Source: Macromonas sp. (lineage in GTDB: Bacteria; Pseudomonadota; Gammaproteobacteria; Burkholderiales; Burkholderiaceae_C). From it: a stretch of 38,565 bases of DNA. The translations under genes and the position numbers were made by a program. Numbering within the stretch: the first letter of the stretch is position 1; every line of letters begins with the position of its first letter. The notes beneath the pieces are model-generated. The model was not told where the DNA came from and did not search any database. It saw nothing but the letters and a program-made list of their open reading frames with translations. This document shows, in pieces, positions 13,123-21,960 of this stretch. The stretch lies in the NCBI GenBank assembly GCA_048860285.1, contig JBLIZX010000084.1, forward strand, positions 1 to 38,565, written 5' to 3'.

Positions 13123-14376
13123 TCAGGCGGTGGCACCAAATTTTTGCTGGATGTAGCGTTCCACAATCTGCTGGAATTCTTGCGCGATGCCTTCGCCGCG
13201 CAGCGTCAGGGCTTTTTCGCCGTCGATGAACACCGGCGCAGCCGGGGCCTCGCCGGTGCCGGGCAGGCTGATGCCAATGTCGGCGTGCTTGCTCTCACCG
13301 GGCCCGTTGACGATACAGCCCATGACGGCCACCTTGAGGTTTTCCACGCCGGGGTAACGCTCGCGCCACTGCGGCATGGAAGCGCGCAGGTAATCATCGA
13401 TTTGCTTGGCCAACTCTTGGAACGTGGTGCTGGTGGTGCGACCACAACCGGGGCACGCGGTCACACTGGGCACAAAACTGCGCTGGCCCAAAGCCTGCAA
13501 AATCTCCATCGCCACCACCACCTCTTGCGTGCGGGCCTCGCCCGGCTGGGGCGTGAGCGAGACGCGGATGGTGTCTCCTATGCCCTGCTGCAACAGCACG
13601 GCCAATGCGGCGGTGGAAGCCACCGTGCCCTTGGTGCCCATGCCGGCCTCGGTCAAACCGAGATGCAGCGGGTAGTCGCAACGCTCGTGCAACTGCTGGT
13701 ACACAGCAATCAAGTCCTGCACGCCGCTGACCTTGCACGACAGCATGATGTTTTCGGGTGCCAAGCCCAGCTCCTGCGCACGTTGCGCCGAACCCAGCGC
13801 CGAGGCCATCAGTGCCTCGTACATCACCTGCTTGCCATCCCACGGCGCGGCGCGGCGGGCGTTGTCGTCCATCATCTGCGCCAGCAGTTCTTGGTCCAGG
13901 CTGCCCCAGTTCACACCAATGCGGATGGCCTTGTTCCAACGCACAGCGGTCTCGACCATCTGGCCAAACTGGCGGTCTTTCTTGTCGCCCTTGCCCACGT
14001 TGCCGGGGTTGATGCGGTACTTGGACAGGGCTTGCGCCATGTCGGGGTACTGCGTCAGCAACGTGTGGCCGTTGTAATGAAAGTCCCCGATCAGCGGCAC
14101 GTGGATACCCATGCGGTCCAGTTGCTCGCGGATGTGGGGCACGGCACGTGCGGCCTCGTCGTTGTTGACGGTGATGCGCACCAACTCCGAACCCGCCAGT
14201 GCCAGTTCCTTGACCTGAATGGCGGTACCAATGACATCGGCGGTGTCGGTGTTGGTCATGGATTGCACCCGCACCGGGGCATTGCCGCCAACGGTGACGT
14301 GGTGATCACCCCAAGACACCACCCCTTGGCGGCTTTTGCGCACAGACAAAACAGACATGTTGGCCCCTTGGATCAT
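13123..14376 (-). CDS. ispG: (E)-4-hydroxy-3-methylbut-2-enyl-diphosphate synthase
   Basis: [30 protein letters not shown] and [10 protein letters not shown] [4Fe-4S] ligands. Confidence 0.98.
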   Translation of the reverse strand: MIQGANMSVLSVRKSRQGVVSWGDHHVTVGGNAPVRVQSMTNTDTADVIGTAIQVKELALAGSELVRITVNNDEAARAVPHIREQLDRMGIHVPLIGDFHYNGHTLLTQYPDMAQALSKYRINPGNVGKGDKKDRQFGQMVETAVRWNKAIRIGVNWGSLDQELLAQMMDDNARRAAPWDGKQVMYEALMASALGSAQRAQELGLAPENIMLSCKVSGVQDLIAVYQQLHERCDYPLHLGLTEAGMGTKGTVASTAALAVLLQQGIGDTIRVSLTPQPGEARTQEVVVAMEILQALGQRSFVPSVTACPGCGRTTSTTFQELAKQIDDYLRASMPQWRERYPGVENLKVAVMGCIVNGPGESKHADIGISLPGTGEAPAAPVFIDGEKALTLRGEGIAQEFQQIVERYIQQKFGATA

Positions 14377-15317
14377 TGAACCGAGAAACGCGCCACGTTG
14401 TTGCGCTTGTGCGGTGTAATGTCAAACGCCTGACCCCGCACCTGCACCTCAATGGCATCGGCACGGCCCACCACCACGCCAAATGGCCCTCCGGCGCTAA
14501 ACGATACGGTTTCACCGGCCTGCAAGGTACGCTGCAACAAGGTACGGCCATTGCCTCCGGTGATTTCGATCCAAGTCGTCTTGCGCGCCTGCAACTGCAA
14601 CACCTCGGCACCGCTGGGGGCAACCGCTGCGCTGGACGCGCCCGGCAGGGTGCCAGCAACAGGAGGCACCACAGCAGATGCAGTCACAGCGGGCACGACG
14701 ACAGGGGCTGGCGACGGCACAGCCACAGGAGGCGCTGTAGCGGCTTCTGGCTCACGGCCTTGGTTCAGGGCGGGCACCACCTCCACTGTGGTGTGGGGGG
14801 TGTCTGGCGTGGCCACTTCCGTGGTGGTGCCACTGTGGGGTTGGCTGGCAGGTAGCCACCACCACAAAGCCGCCGCGACCGCTACAGCGGCCAACGCAAA
14901 CACCGGTGCGCCGATGGACAACCCGTTGCGACCAGAACCATGAATGCGCAAGCCCCGGTTCGTGTCCAACGGTGTGCCCAAGGTTTGACGATCCAACGCC
15001 GTGCTGGCAGCCGCCACCGCAGTGGCCGGAAAACCCGCCAACACCGGAACTGGATCGATGTTGAACTGGCGACAAATGGTTTTGGCCAACGCACGCGCGA
15101 AAGTCAAATCCGGCAACGCCTCAAAACGGCCTGCTTCCAGCTCAGCGAGCTTGTGCGGCAACACTTTCACCCGTGCAGCCAATGTTTCCAACGACATCCC
15201 CGCTTGCTCACGGGCCTGTTTCAGCAGCGCACCAGCCGCTGCCGCATCGGCAGCACCAGCGGGAGGAGCGTCGGGGGTAGCAACCACGGCGGTGGTGGCA
15301 TTCACCACATCAGTCAT
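14373..15317 (-). CDS. rodZ: RodZ-like cytoskeleton protein (HTH + TM + DUF4115)
   Basis: N-terminal HTH ([11 protein letters not shown]...[10 protein letters not shown]), TM segment, Pro/Ala linker, C-terminal beta domain ending VARFSVQ. pilW-rodZ-ispG synteny. Confidence 0.88.
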   Translation of the reverse strand: MTDVVNATTAVVATPDAPPAGAADAAAAGALLKQAREQAGMSLETLAARVKVLPHKLAELEAGRFEALPDLTFARALAKTICRQFNIDPVPVLAGFPATAVAAASTALDRQTLGTPLDTNRGLRIHGSGRNGLSIGAPVFALAAVAVAAALWWWLPASQPHSGTTTEVATPDTPHTTVEVVPALNQGREPEAATAPPVAVPSPAPVVVPAVTASAVVPPVAGTLPGASSAAVAPSGAEVLQLQARKTTWIEITGGNGRTLLQRTLQAGETVSFSAGGPFGVVVGRADAIEVQVRGQAFDITPHKRNNVARFSVQ

Positions 15318-16134
15318 AAAAAGATCCTTGTTCGTAGGCCTGCCGTTCGCGGGAGTCGGGAAAGCGGCGGCGCAATTGTTCGCCCAGTTGACGCACAGCT
15401 TCGGCGTTGCCCAAGCGTTGTTCCACCCGCATCCCCAACCACAGCGACTCGGCGTTGGCCAGCTCCGAATTGTTCAAACGCCGAACGTAAAAACGTGCCC
15501 GCTCCAGCTCGCCCCGGCGCAGCAACAACGCGGCCAGGTTGTAGGTGGTGATGGGATTGGCCGCATCCAACTCAAAAGAACGGGTTAAGCTGCGCTCGGC
15601 TTCGGCCAACTGGCCTGCACGGGCTTGACACACGCCCTGCGCCATCCAAGTGCGGGCCGCTGCCGCGTACTGTGGCACCTGCAAAGCGCGCTCAAAGTGG
15701 CGCTGCGCCTCGGGGTAACGTGCTTGCTGACAATGCAACCAACCTAGGTTGTGCAACACGTCTGCGTCTTGCGGGGCCAAACGCAAGGCTTGCTCAAAAC
15801 TGGTTTGCGCCAACGCGGGCTGGTTCAGGCGCAGGTAAATCAAACCACGCAGGTTGTGGGCCGCCGCGTAACTGGGTTCGGCGGTCAACGCTTGCTTGAC
15901 TTCGTCCAAGGCCACCGTGGTTTGGTTTTGCTCTAGGTAGCCTGCGGCCAGCTCCAAGCGGATGCGGGCACGCTTGAGCGACTCGGGCTCGTCGGATTCG
16001 GTCATCAAATCGGTGCTGGCCGACGGTGCAGCGGGGGCAGGCAGCGGCGCAGCACCCGGCTGGGCACAGCCGTACAGACCAGCAGCACCCAACACCACCA
16101 CCGTGGCCCACCAACGCCAACCCGCCTGCATCAT
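15310..16134 (-). CDS. pilW: Type IV pilus biogenesis/stability lipoprotein PilW/PilF (TPR)
   Basis: LYGC lipobox, [23 protein letters not shown] repeats, SLWLG...RFPDS. rlmN-pilW synteny. Confidence 0.92.
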   Translation of the reverse strand: MMQAGWRWWATVVVLGAAGLYGCAQPGAAPLPAPAAPSASTDLMTESDEPESLKRARIRLELAAGYLEQNQTTVALDEVKQALTAEPSYAAAHNLRGLIYLRLNQPALAQTSFEQALRLAPQDADVLHNLGWLHCQQARYPEAQRHFERALQVPQYAAAARTWMAQGVCQARAGQLAEAERSLTRSFELDAANPITTYNLAALLLRRGELERARFYVRRLNNSELANAESLWLGMRVEQRLGNAEAVRQLGEQLRRRFPDSRERQAYEQGSFYD

Positions 16135-17306
16135 GCAGACTCCTGCGCCGCAGAGGTGTCAGCACCATCACTGTGGGAGGTACGCGGCACCCAGCGCACA
16201 GGCTGTTCACCACGGCGCTGTGCCAAACGTTGCGCAGCGTTGGTGCGGTCCAACACATCACCGGCCAACTGGCCGCAAGCGGCATCGATGTCGTCACCGC
16301 GTGTTTTGCGCACGGTGGTCACAATGCCCGCGCTGTTGAGGCGTTCGGCAAAGGCCTTGACCACCGCCTTGGGCGAGCATTTAAGGCCAGAATCTGGGAA
16401 TGGGTTGAACGGAATCAGATTGAACTTGCACGGCACGCCACGGCCTGCGTGGCCACGCACCAAGTCGATCAACTGCTGCGCATGCTCGGGCTGGTCGTTC
16501 ACGCCATCCAGCATGCAGTATTCAAAGGTAATGAAATCGCGCGGTGCGGCGGGCAAATAACGCAAACAAGCGTCCATCAGCTCGGCCAGCGGGTATTTTT
16601 TGTTCAACGGCACCAAATGATCGCGCAACGCATCGTTGGGGGCGTGCAACGACACCGCCAACGCCACTGGGCAATCTTGCGCCAGACGCTCCATCATCGG
16701 CACCACGCCAGAAGTGGACACGGTCAGACGACGGCGCGACAGGCCATAGCCGTGATCGTCCAGCATGGTTTTGAGCGCAGGAACCAAGGCAGTGTAGTTT
16801 TGCAGTGGCTCACCCATGCCCATCATCACCACGTTGGAGATGACACGCTCGGAAGTGTTGAATTTACGGCGCAAATAATGTTCAGCAAACCAGAGCTGGG
16901 CAATGATTTCGCCGGTGCTCAAGTTGCGGCTGAAGCCTTGGTGGCCCGTGGAGCAGAAACGGCAACCCACAGCGCAACCGGCTTGAGACGACACGCACAG
17001 CGTACCCCGGTCGTTTTCTGGAATAAACACGGATTCGACAGCATTGCCATCGCCCACATCGAACAACCATTTGATGGTGCCGTCGGCAGAGTCTTGCTGC
17101 GTCAGCACGGGCAGGCCGCGCACCTCACAGACACCGGGCAACTTTTCGCGCAAGCTGCGCGCCAAGTCGGTCATGTCCTCAAAGCGGGCCACGCCTTTCT
17201 GGTGGATCCAGCGAAAGAGCTGGACGGCCCGGAAACGCTTTTCCCCGAGCCGCTCACAGAAGGCGGCCAAGCCCTCGAGGTCAAAATCGAGCAGGTTGGC
17301 CGTCAT
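16131..17306 (-). CDS. rlmN: Dual-specificity RNA methyltransferase RlmN (radical SAM)
   Basis: [38 protein letters not shown]. Confidence 0.97.
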   Translation of the reverse strand: MTANLLDFDLEGLAAFCERLGEKRFRAVQLFRWIHQKGVARFEDMTDLARSLREKLPGVCEVRGLPVLTQQDSADGTIKWLFDVGDGNAVESVFIPENDRGTLCVSSQAGCAVGCRFCSTGHQGFSRNLSTGEIIAQLWFAEHYLRRKFNTSERVISNVVMMGMGEPLQNYTALVPALKTMLDDHGYGLSRRRLTVSTSGVVPMMERLAQDCPVALAVSLHAPNDALRDHLVPLNKKYPLAELMDACLRYLPAAPRDFITFEYCMLDGVNDQPEHAQQLIDLVRGHAGRGVPCKFNLIPFNPFPDSGLKCSPKAVVKAFAERLNSAGIVTTVRKTRGDDIDAACGQLAGDVLDRTNAAQRLAQRRGEQPVRWVPRTSHSDGADTSAAQESA

Positions 17307-17313
17307 CGTGCTA

Positions 17314-17739
17314 TCAACGTGCGTAAACGTTCAGGGCCGGGAAGAAGTAGGCGATTTCCACGGCGGCGGTTTCCGGTGCATCGGAACCGTGCACGGCGTT
17401 GGCATCGATGCTTTCAGCGAAGTCGGCGCGGATGGTGCCCTTCTCAGCCTTCTTCGGGTCGGTAGCACCCATCAGTTCGCGGTTCTTCAGGATGGCGTTT
17501 TCGCCTTCCAGCACTTGCACAAACACCGGGCCGGAGATCATGAAGTCCACCAAGTCCTTGAAGAAAGGACGGGCGCTGTGCACAGCGTAGAAGCCTTCGG
17601 CTTCGGCGCGCGACAGTTGCACCAGCTTGGCGGCAGCGATCTTGAGACCAGCGGCTTCAAAGCGGGCCACGATTTGACCGATCACGTTCTTGGCAACAGC
17701 GTCGGGCTTGATGATGGACAGGGTGCGTTCAATCGCCAT
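17314..17739 (-). CDS. ndk: Nucleoside diphosphate kinase
   Basis: [26 protein letters not shown] catalytic His. Confidence 0.98.
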   Translation of the reverse strand: MAIERTLSIIKPDAVAKNVIGQIVARFEAAGLKIAAAKLVQLSRAEAEGFYAVHSARPFFKDLVDFMISGPVFVQVLEGENAILKNRELMGATDPKKAEKGTIRADFAESIDANAVHGSDAPETAAVEIAYFFPALNVYAR

Positions 17740-17785
17740 GGTAAATACCTTAAAAATGCAGGTTGAGGGACGGACAAAGCCTGCG

Positions 17786-17791
17786 ATTCTA
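17786..17791 (-). promoter_or_regulatory. Putative -10 element (TAGAAT) for ndk-rlmN
   Basis: Minus strand ggtTAGAATcgc in the rluB-ndk spacer, upstream of an AAGG SD. Confidence 0.4.
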
Positions 17792-17816
17792 ACCGTTCAA
17801 CGTGACGGAACCTCGC

Positions 17817-19034
17817 TCAACGGCGTGGGCCTTTGCGGCCCGGCTTGCCCGCAGGCGCACCGGCCACAAAGCCGTTGTTGCCGGCACGGGTGCGGGGTTT
17901 GAAGTCGGCCCCGATGTAGCCTTGCGGAGCGGCACGGCTTTCGTCGCCGTAATGGTCGTTGTCGCGCCAGCGGGCGGTGTCGCGGCGCGGGTTGCTGGTG
18001 CTGAAGCCACCACGCGGTACCGACGGGCCATCCACCAAACGCGGTGCGCTGGGGCGCGGGCCGTTGCCTTTGTTGCGCCGGGGCGGGGTCGGTGCGCGAC
18101 CAGTCGGGCGGGCCGCAGGGCGCTCTTCCTCGCGGCGCACCATGCCAGCAGCACTGGTCAAGCGTTCAATGTCGCGCGCGTCCAGCTCCAGCCAAACACC
18201 ACGGCGCAAACCGCGCGGCAGCATCACGGCACCGTAACGGATGCGGATCAAACGGCTGACCGCGTGCCCCACCGCTTCAAACATGCGGCGCACCTCACGG
18301 TTGCGACCTTCGGCAATCGTGACACGGTACCAGCAGTTGGCACCGTCGCCGCCACCGTCCTCAATCGACTGGAACTGCGCCATACCATCGTCGAGCTTCA
18401 CGCCATCGAGCAGGCGCTGTTTCTCGTCGTTGCTCAACGCACCCAACACGCGCACCGCGTATTCACGCTGTAAACCAAAGCGGGGGTGCATCAACTTGTT
18501 GGCCAGTTCACCCGAATCGGTGAACAACAGCAAACCTTCGGTGTTCAAATCGAGGCGGCCCACCGACTGCCATTTGCCGTGCTGCAAACGTGGCAAGCGG
18601 CGAAACACCGTGGGGCGGTTTTGCGGGTCGTCGTGCGTCACTACCTCGCCAGCGGGCTTGTGGTAGGCCAGCACACGCGGCGGCGGCGGGGCAATGCGCA
18701 CCCGCACCGGACGACCATCAACGCGGATAGAGTCTCCATACTGGATACGCTGGCCCACGTGCGCGGGTTCGTGGTTCACCAGCACTCGGCCCTGCTGGAT
18801 CAGCGTTTCCATGTCCAAACGCGAACCCAAACCCGCTTGCGCCAGCACCTTGTGCAACTTGGGCGCATCCAACTGGGGTTGCAACACGCGCTTGCCGGAC
18901 AGTTCGGGTTCGGTCTCTTGTGCCTGTACGGCATCAAACTCGCCCGATACCACCTCCTCAAAACGGGCAGCATCGCCCACGGCTGCGGTGTTGGCCACAG
19001 GCGGCACGGTCGGGGTAGAAAAATCAGAAGTCAT
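17817..19034 (-). CDS. rluB: 23S rRNA pseudouridine synthase RluB (RsuA family)
   Basis: S4 domain KLHKVLAQAGLGSR, GRLDLNTEGLLL, EGRNREVRRMF. Follows scpB; Arg/Gly-rich tail. Confidence 0.92.
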   Translation of the reverse strand: MTSDFSTPTVPPVANTAAVGDAARFEEVVSGEFDAVQAQETEPELSGKRVLQPQLDAPKLHKVLAQAGLGSRLDMETLIQQGRVLVNHEPAHVGQRIQYGDSIRVDGRPVRVRIAPPPPRVLAYHKPAGEVVTHDDPQNRPTVFRRLPRLQHGKWQSVGRLDLNTEGLLLFTDSGELANKLMHPRFGLQREYAVRVLGALSNDEKQRLLDGVKLDDGMAQFQSIEDGGGDGANCWYRVTIAEGRNREVRRMFEAVGHAVSRLIRIRYGAVMLPRGLRRGVWLELDARDIERLTSAAGMVRREEERPAARPTGRAPTPPRRNKGNGPRPSAPRLVDGPSVPRGGFSTSNPRRDTARWRDNDHYGDESRAAPQGYIGADFKPRTRAGNNGFVAGAPAGKPGRKGPRR

Positions 19035-19039
19035 AAAAA

Positions 19040-19633
19040 TTATGGATCAGGTATCAGAGGTGAGGTAGAGGGGTCGGCGGCCATGTGCAATTCAAGCTGT
19101 GGCAGCATGGTATCGGTACCTTGCAACGGCGGCAAGGCGCTCAGTGTGGGCAGGCCCAAGTCGTTTAAAAATTGGCGTGTGGTGGCGTACAGGGCCGGAC
19201 GGCCCACGGTTTCTCGGTGGCCAATCACTTCAATCCAGCCTCGGTCTTCCAATTGTTTGAGGATATTGGAGTTGATGGTCACGCCACGGATGTCTTCCAT
19301 GTCGCCCCGCGTGACGGGTTGGCGATAGGCCACAATGGCCAACGTCTCCAGCACCGCACGGCTGTATTTGGGCGGTTTTTCGGGGTGCAACCTGTCCAAA
19401 AACGGACGCATCTCGGGCCGACTTTGAAAACGCCAACCACTGGCCAGCGCCACCAACTCCACACCCCGGCCCATCCACTGGGTTTGCAGTTGGGACAGCA
19501 AAGTGCGCAACTGGGCTGGGGTCAGCGCACCATCGAACAGCGTCACCATGTCGGGCAACGACAGCGGTTCTGACGCGCAGATCAAAGCGGTTTCGAGGAT
19601 GCGCAGCGCGTCCTCAGAGCGGGAGGGGTTCAA
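19040..19633 (-). CDS. scpB: SMC-Scp complex subunit ScpB
   Basis: [50 protein letters not shown] start bounded by an in-frame TGA five codons upstream. Confidence 0.95.
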   Translation of the reverse strand: MNPSRSEDALRILETALICASEPLSLPDMVTLFDGALTPAQLRTLLSQLQTQWMGRGVELVALASGWRFQSRPEMRPFLDRLHPEKPPKYSRAVLETLAIVAYRQPVTRGDMEDIRGVTINSNILKQLEDRGWIEVIGHRETVGRPALYATTRQFLNDLGLPTLSALPPLQGTDTMLPQLELHMAADPSTSPLIPDP

Positions 19634-19737
19634 GCCGGGTGGTGGTCAGGGTAGCCCTGGGTGGCGCAGCCAACACCACAGCAGCGAGGTCGCTGCCGAT
19701 CTATCAGGGACGGTACGGAAAAACGGGGCAACAAGCG

Positions 19738-20772
19738 TCAGGCTGGCGACACTTGCCAAAGGTGGTACAGATTGTAATCGAGAGCGGCGGCTGACACCGC
19801 TTGGTTCACATCCACGGGCAATGCCGCTTCCAGTTGCAACGCTTGCCCCGTGATGGGGTGCAGCAACGACAGCCGGTGCGCGTGCAAGGCTTGGCGTGCC
19901 ATGCCCAACACGGGTTTACCGCCGTACACCACATCGCCCACCAGCGGGTGGCCCAACCACGCCATGTGGACGCGGATTTGGTGCGTGCGCCCGGTGTGCA
20001 ACTTGCAGCCCACCCACGAATACGCGTCACTGCGGGCCAGCAAACGCACCGTGGTCTGGGCCGCCTTGGCACTGGTGCTGTGGGCGGGCTGCACCGCCAT
20101 GCGCAAGCGGTTGCGCGGATCGCGCCCCAGTGGCTGATCTACCCACACCTCGGGCTGCTTGAGCGCACCGTGCGCCAGCGCCACATAAATGCGGTGTACC
20201 CGGCGCTCGGCAATCATGCGCACCAACGCATCGACCGCCGCCTGGGTTTTGCCCACCAACATCAGACCACTGGTGTCTTTGTCGAGCCGATGAACGATAC
20301 CCGCACGCGGCAGGCGTGCCGCACCACTGTGGTAGGCCAGCAAGGCATTGAGCAAGGTACCCGTCCAGTTACCCGCCGCCGGATGCACCACCAGCCCGGC
20401 GGGTTTGTCGATCACCAACAGGTGCTCGTCCTCGTACACCACCGTCAGCGGGATAGTTTCGGGCAAAAAAGCCTGGGCCTGTGCGGTGGGCCGCAACTCA
20501 ACCTGCACCACCTCGCCCACCTTAACGCGCTGTGACGGCTTGAGCACCGGGCGACCACGCACCGTAACGGCCTGCTGCTCCAGCAACTGCTGAAAATACC
20601 CGCGCGAAAACTCCGGTACCCGCAACGCCAGCCACTTGTCGATGCGCAAGTCGTGCTCGGCAGGCTCCACCTGCAAAGTGCGCAGTTCTGCCGCAGCATC
20701 GGCATCGTCGTGCTCGTCGGTCGAGAGCTGCACCGGGTTGAGGGGGGGCATCGATATAATTTCTTCGGTCAA
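19738..20772 (-). CDS. rluD: 23S rRNA pseudouridine synthase RluD (alternative start ATG 20751)
   Basis: S4 domain, KPAGLVVHP, HRLDKDTSGL, TGRTHQIRVH, RQALHA. Divergent from bamD. Confidence 0.94.
   Translation of the reverse strand: MTEEIISMPPLNPVQLSTDEHDDADAAAELRTLQVEPAEHDLRIDKWLALRVPEFSRGYFQQLLEQQAVTVRGRPVLKPSQRVKVGEVVQVELRPTAQAQAFLPETIPLTVVYEDEHLLVIDKPAGLVVHPAAGNWTGTLLNALLAYHSGAARLPRAGIVHRLDKDTSGLMLVGKTQAAVDALVRMIAERRVHRIYVALAHGALKQPEVWVDQPLGRDPRNRLRMAVQPAHSTSAKAAQTTVRLLARSDAYSWVGCKLHTGRTHQIRVHMAWLGHPLVGDVVYGGKPVLGMARQALHAHRLSLLHPITGQALQLEAALPVDVNQAVSAAALDYNLYHLWQVSPA
20755..20760 (+). promoter_or_regulatory. Consensus -10 (TATAAT), probably for bamD, overlapping the rluD 5' end
   Basis: Perfect TATAAT about 50 nt upstream of the likely bamD ATG (20809). 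No properly spaced -35 seen. Confidence 0.45.
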
Positions 20773-20808
20773 TCCGCTGTTCCTGTTGCTGCAAAGGTTT
20801 TACGCACA

Positions 20809-21654
20809 ATGTTGCTTTCCAGATTATCCGCTGTGTCCGTGCAGCGCCCGTCCGTGGCCCGCTGGTCGGCGGGCATGGCCAGTGCCACACTGGCGGCGCT
20901 GCTGGTGGGCTGTGCCGCCTCCAAGCCAGTGGACGAAACCGCCCAGTGGAGCCCCAACAAGCTCTACAACGAGGCGCTGGATGAACGCAGCGTCGGCAAC
21001 TACGACAAAGCCATCAGCCATTTTGAAAAGCTCGAAGGCCGCGCCGCTGGCACACCGCTGGCGCAACAAGCCCAACTGGACAAGGCTTATACCCATTACA
21101 AAAACGGCGAGCAAGCACAAGCCATTGCCACGCTGGACCGTTTTTTGAAGTTGCACCCGGCCAGCCCGGCGCTGGACTACGCCTTGTACCTCAAAGGTCT
21201 GGCCAACTTCAACGACAGCTTGGGACTGTTTGGCTCCTGGGTAGAACAAGACTTGGCAGAGCGCGACCAAAAAGCGGCCAAAGTGTCGTTTGAATCGTTC
21301 AAAGAACTGGCCGAACGCTTTCCAGACTCACGCTACACCCCCGATGCCCGCGCACGCATGGTACACATCGTCAACGCGCTGGCGATGTCGGAAGTGCACG
21401 TGGCCCGCTACTACCACCAGCGGGGTGCGTACGTGGCCGCGATCAACCGCGCCCAAACCGCGATTGCGGAGTACCGCGAAGCCCCAGCACTGGAAGAAGC
21501 GTTGCATGTGCTGATACAGTCTTACGATGCGCTGGGCATGACCGATCTCAGCGCCGACGCACGCCGTGTGCTGGAGAAAAACTTTCCGCAAAGCCGCTAC
21601 CTCGGCCACACCGCCACCACAACATCCACCAGTTGGTGGAAAAAGTGGTGGTAA
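20809..21654 (+). CDS. bamD: Outer membrane protein assembly factor BamD (lipoprotein)
   Basis: LVGC lipobox, TPRs, RFLKLHPASP, YALYLKGL, ERDQ, VARYY, AAINRAQ. ATG 20809 preferred over the ORF-track start at 20653. Confidence 0.95.
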   Translation: MLLSRLSAVSVQRPSVARWSAGMASATLAALLVGCAASKPVDETAQWSPNKLYNEALDERSVGNYDKAISHFEKLEGRAAGTPLAQQAQLDKAYTHYKNGEQAQAIATLDRFLKLHPASPALDYALYLKGLANFNDSLGLFGSWVEQDLAERDQKAAKVSFESFKELAERFPDSRYTPDARARMVHIVNALAMSEVHVARYYHQRGAYVAAINRAQTAIAEYREAPALEEALHVLIQSYDALGMTDLSADARRVLEKNFPQSRYLGHTATTTSTSWWKKWW

Positions 21655-21682
21655 TTGCAACGGTCGTGGCGGCTGTCACACC

Positions 21683-21940
21683 TCAGCGGTAAAACGCTTC
21701 CACTTGACCTTTGAGCTTGAGCAACAACGGGCGGCCCTTGCGGTCCACGGTTTTACCGGCGGGCACTTTGATCCAGCCTTCGCTGACGCAATACTCCTCC
21801 ACGTCGGCGCGTTCTGCACCATTGAAACGGATACCGATGTCGTGTTCAAACACCGCCGCCACGTGGTGCGGGCTACGGGGATCGATAGACAAGTGATCGG
21901 GCAAAGCGGGACGGGTGACGTTGGCGCTGGAGTCGCTCAT
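21683..21940 (-). CDS. DUF3297-family small conserved protein (85 aa)
   Basis: LPDHLSIDPRSP, IGIRFNG.ER..VEEYCVSEGWIKV, DRKGRPLLLKLKG.VEAFY recognised as DUF3297. AAGGA SD before ATG 21940. Confidence 0.8.
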   Translation of the reverse strand: MSDSSANVTRPALPDHLSIDPRSPHHVAAVFEHDIGIRFNGAERADVEEYCVSEGWIKVPAGKTVDRKGRPLLLKLKGQVEAFYR

Positions 21941-21960
21941 AACAAAACATTCCTTGTAGG

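Noticed and set aside
19647-19709. Cloverleaf-like stems considered as a tRNA or SRP RNA
   Set aside because: No T-loop (GTTCRA), D-loop, CCA end or SRP GGAA-loop domain. Kept only as a candidate leader structure.
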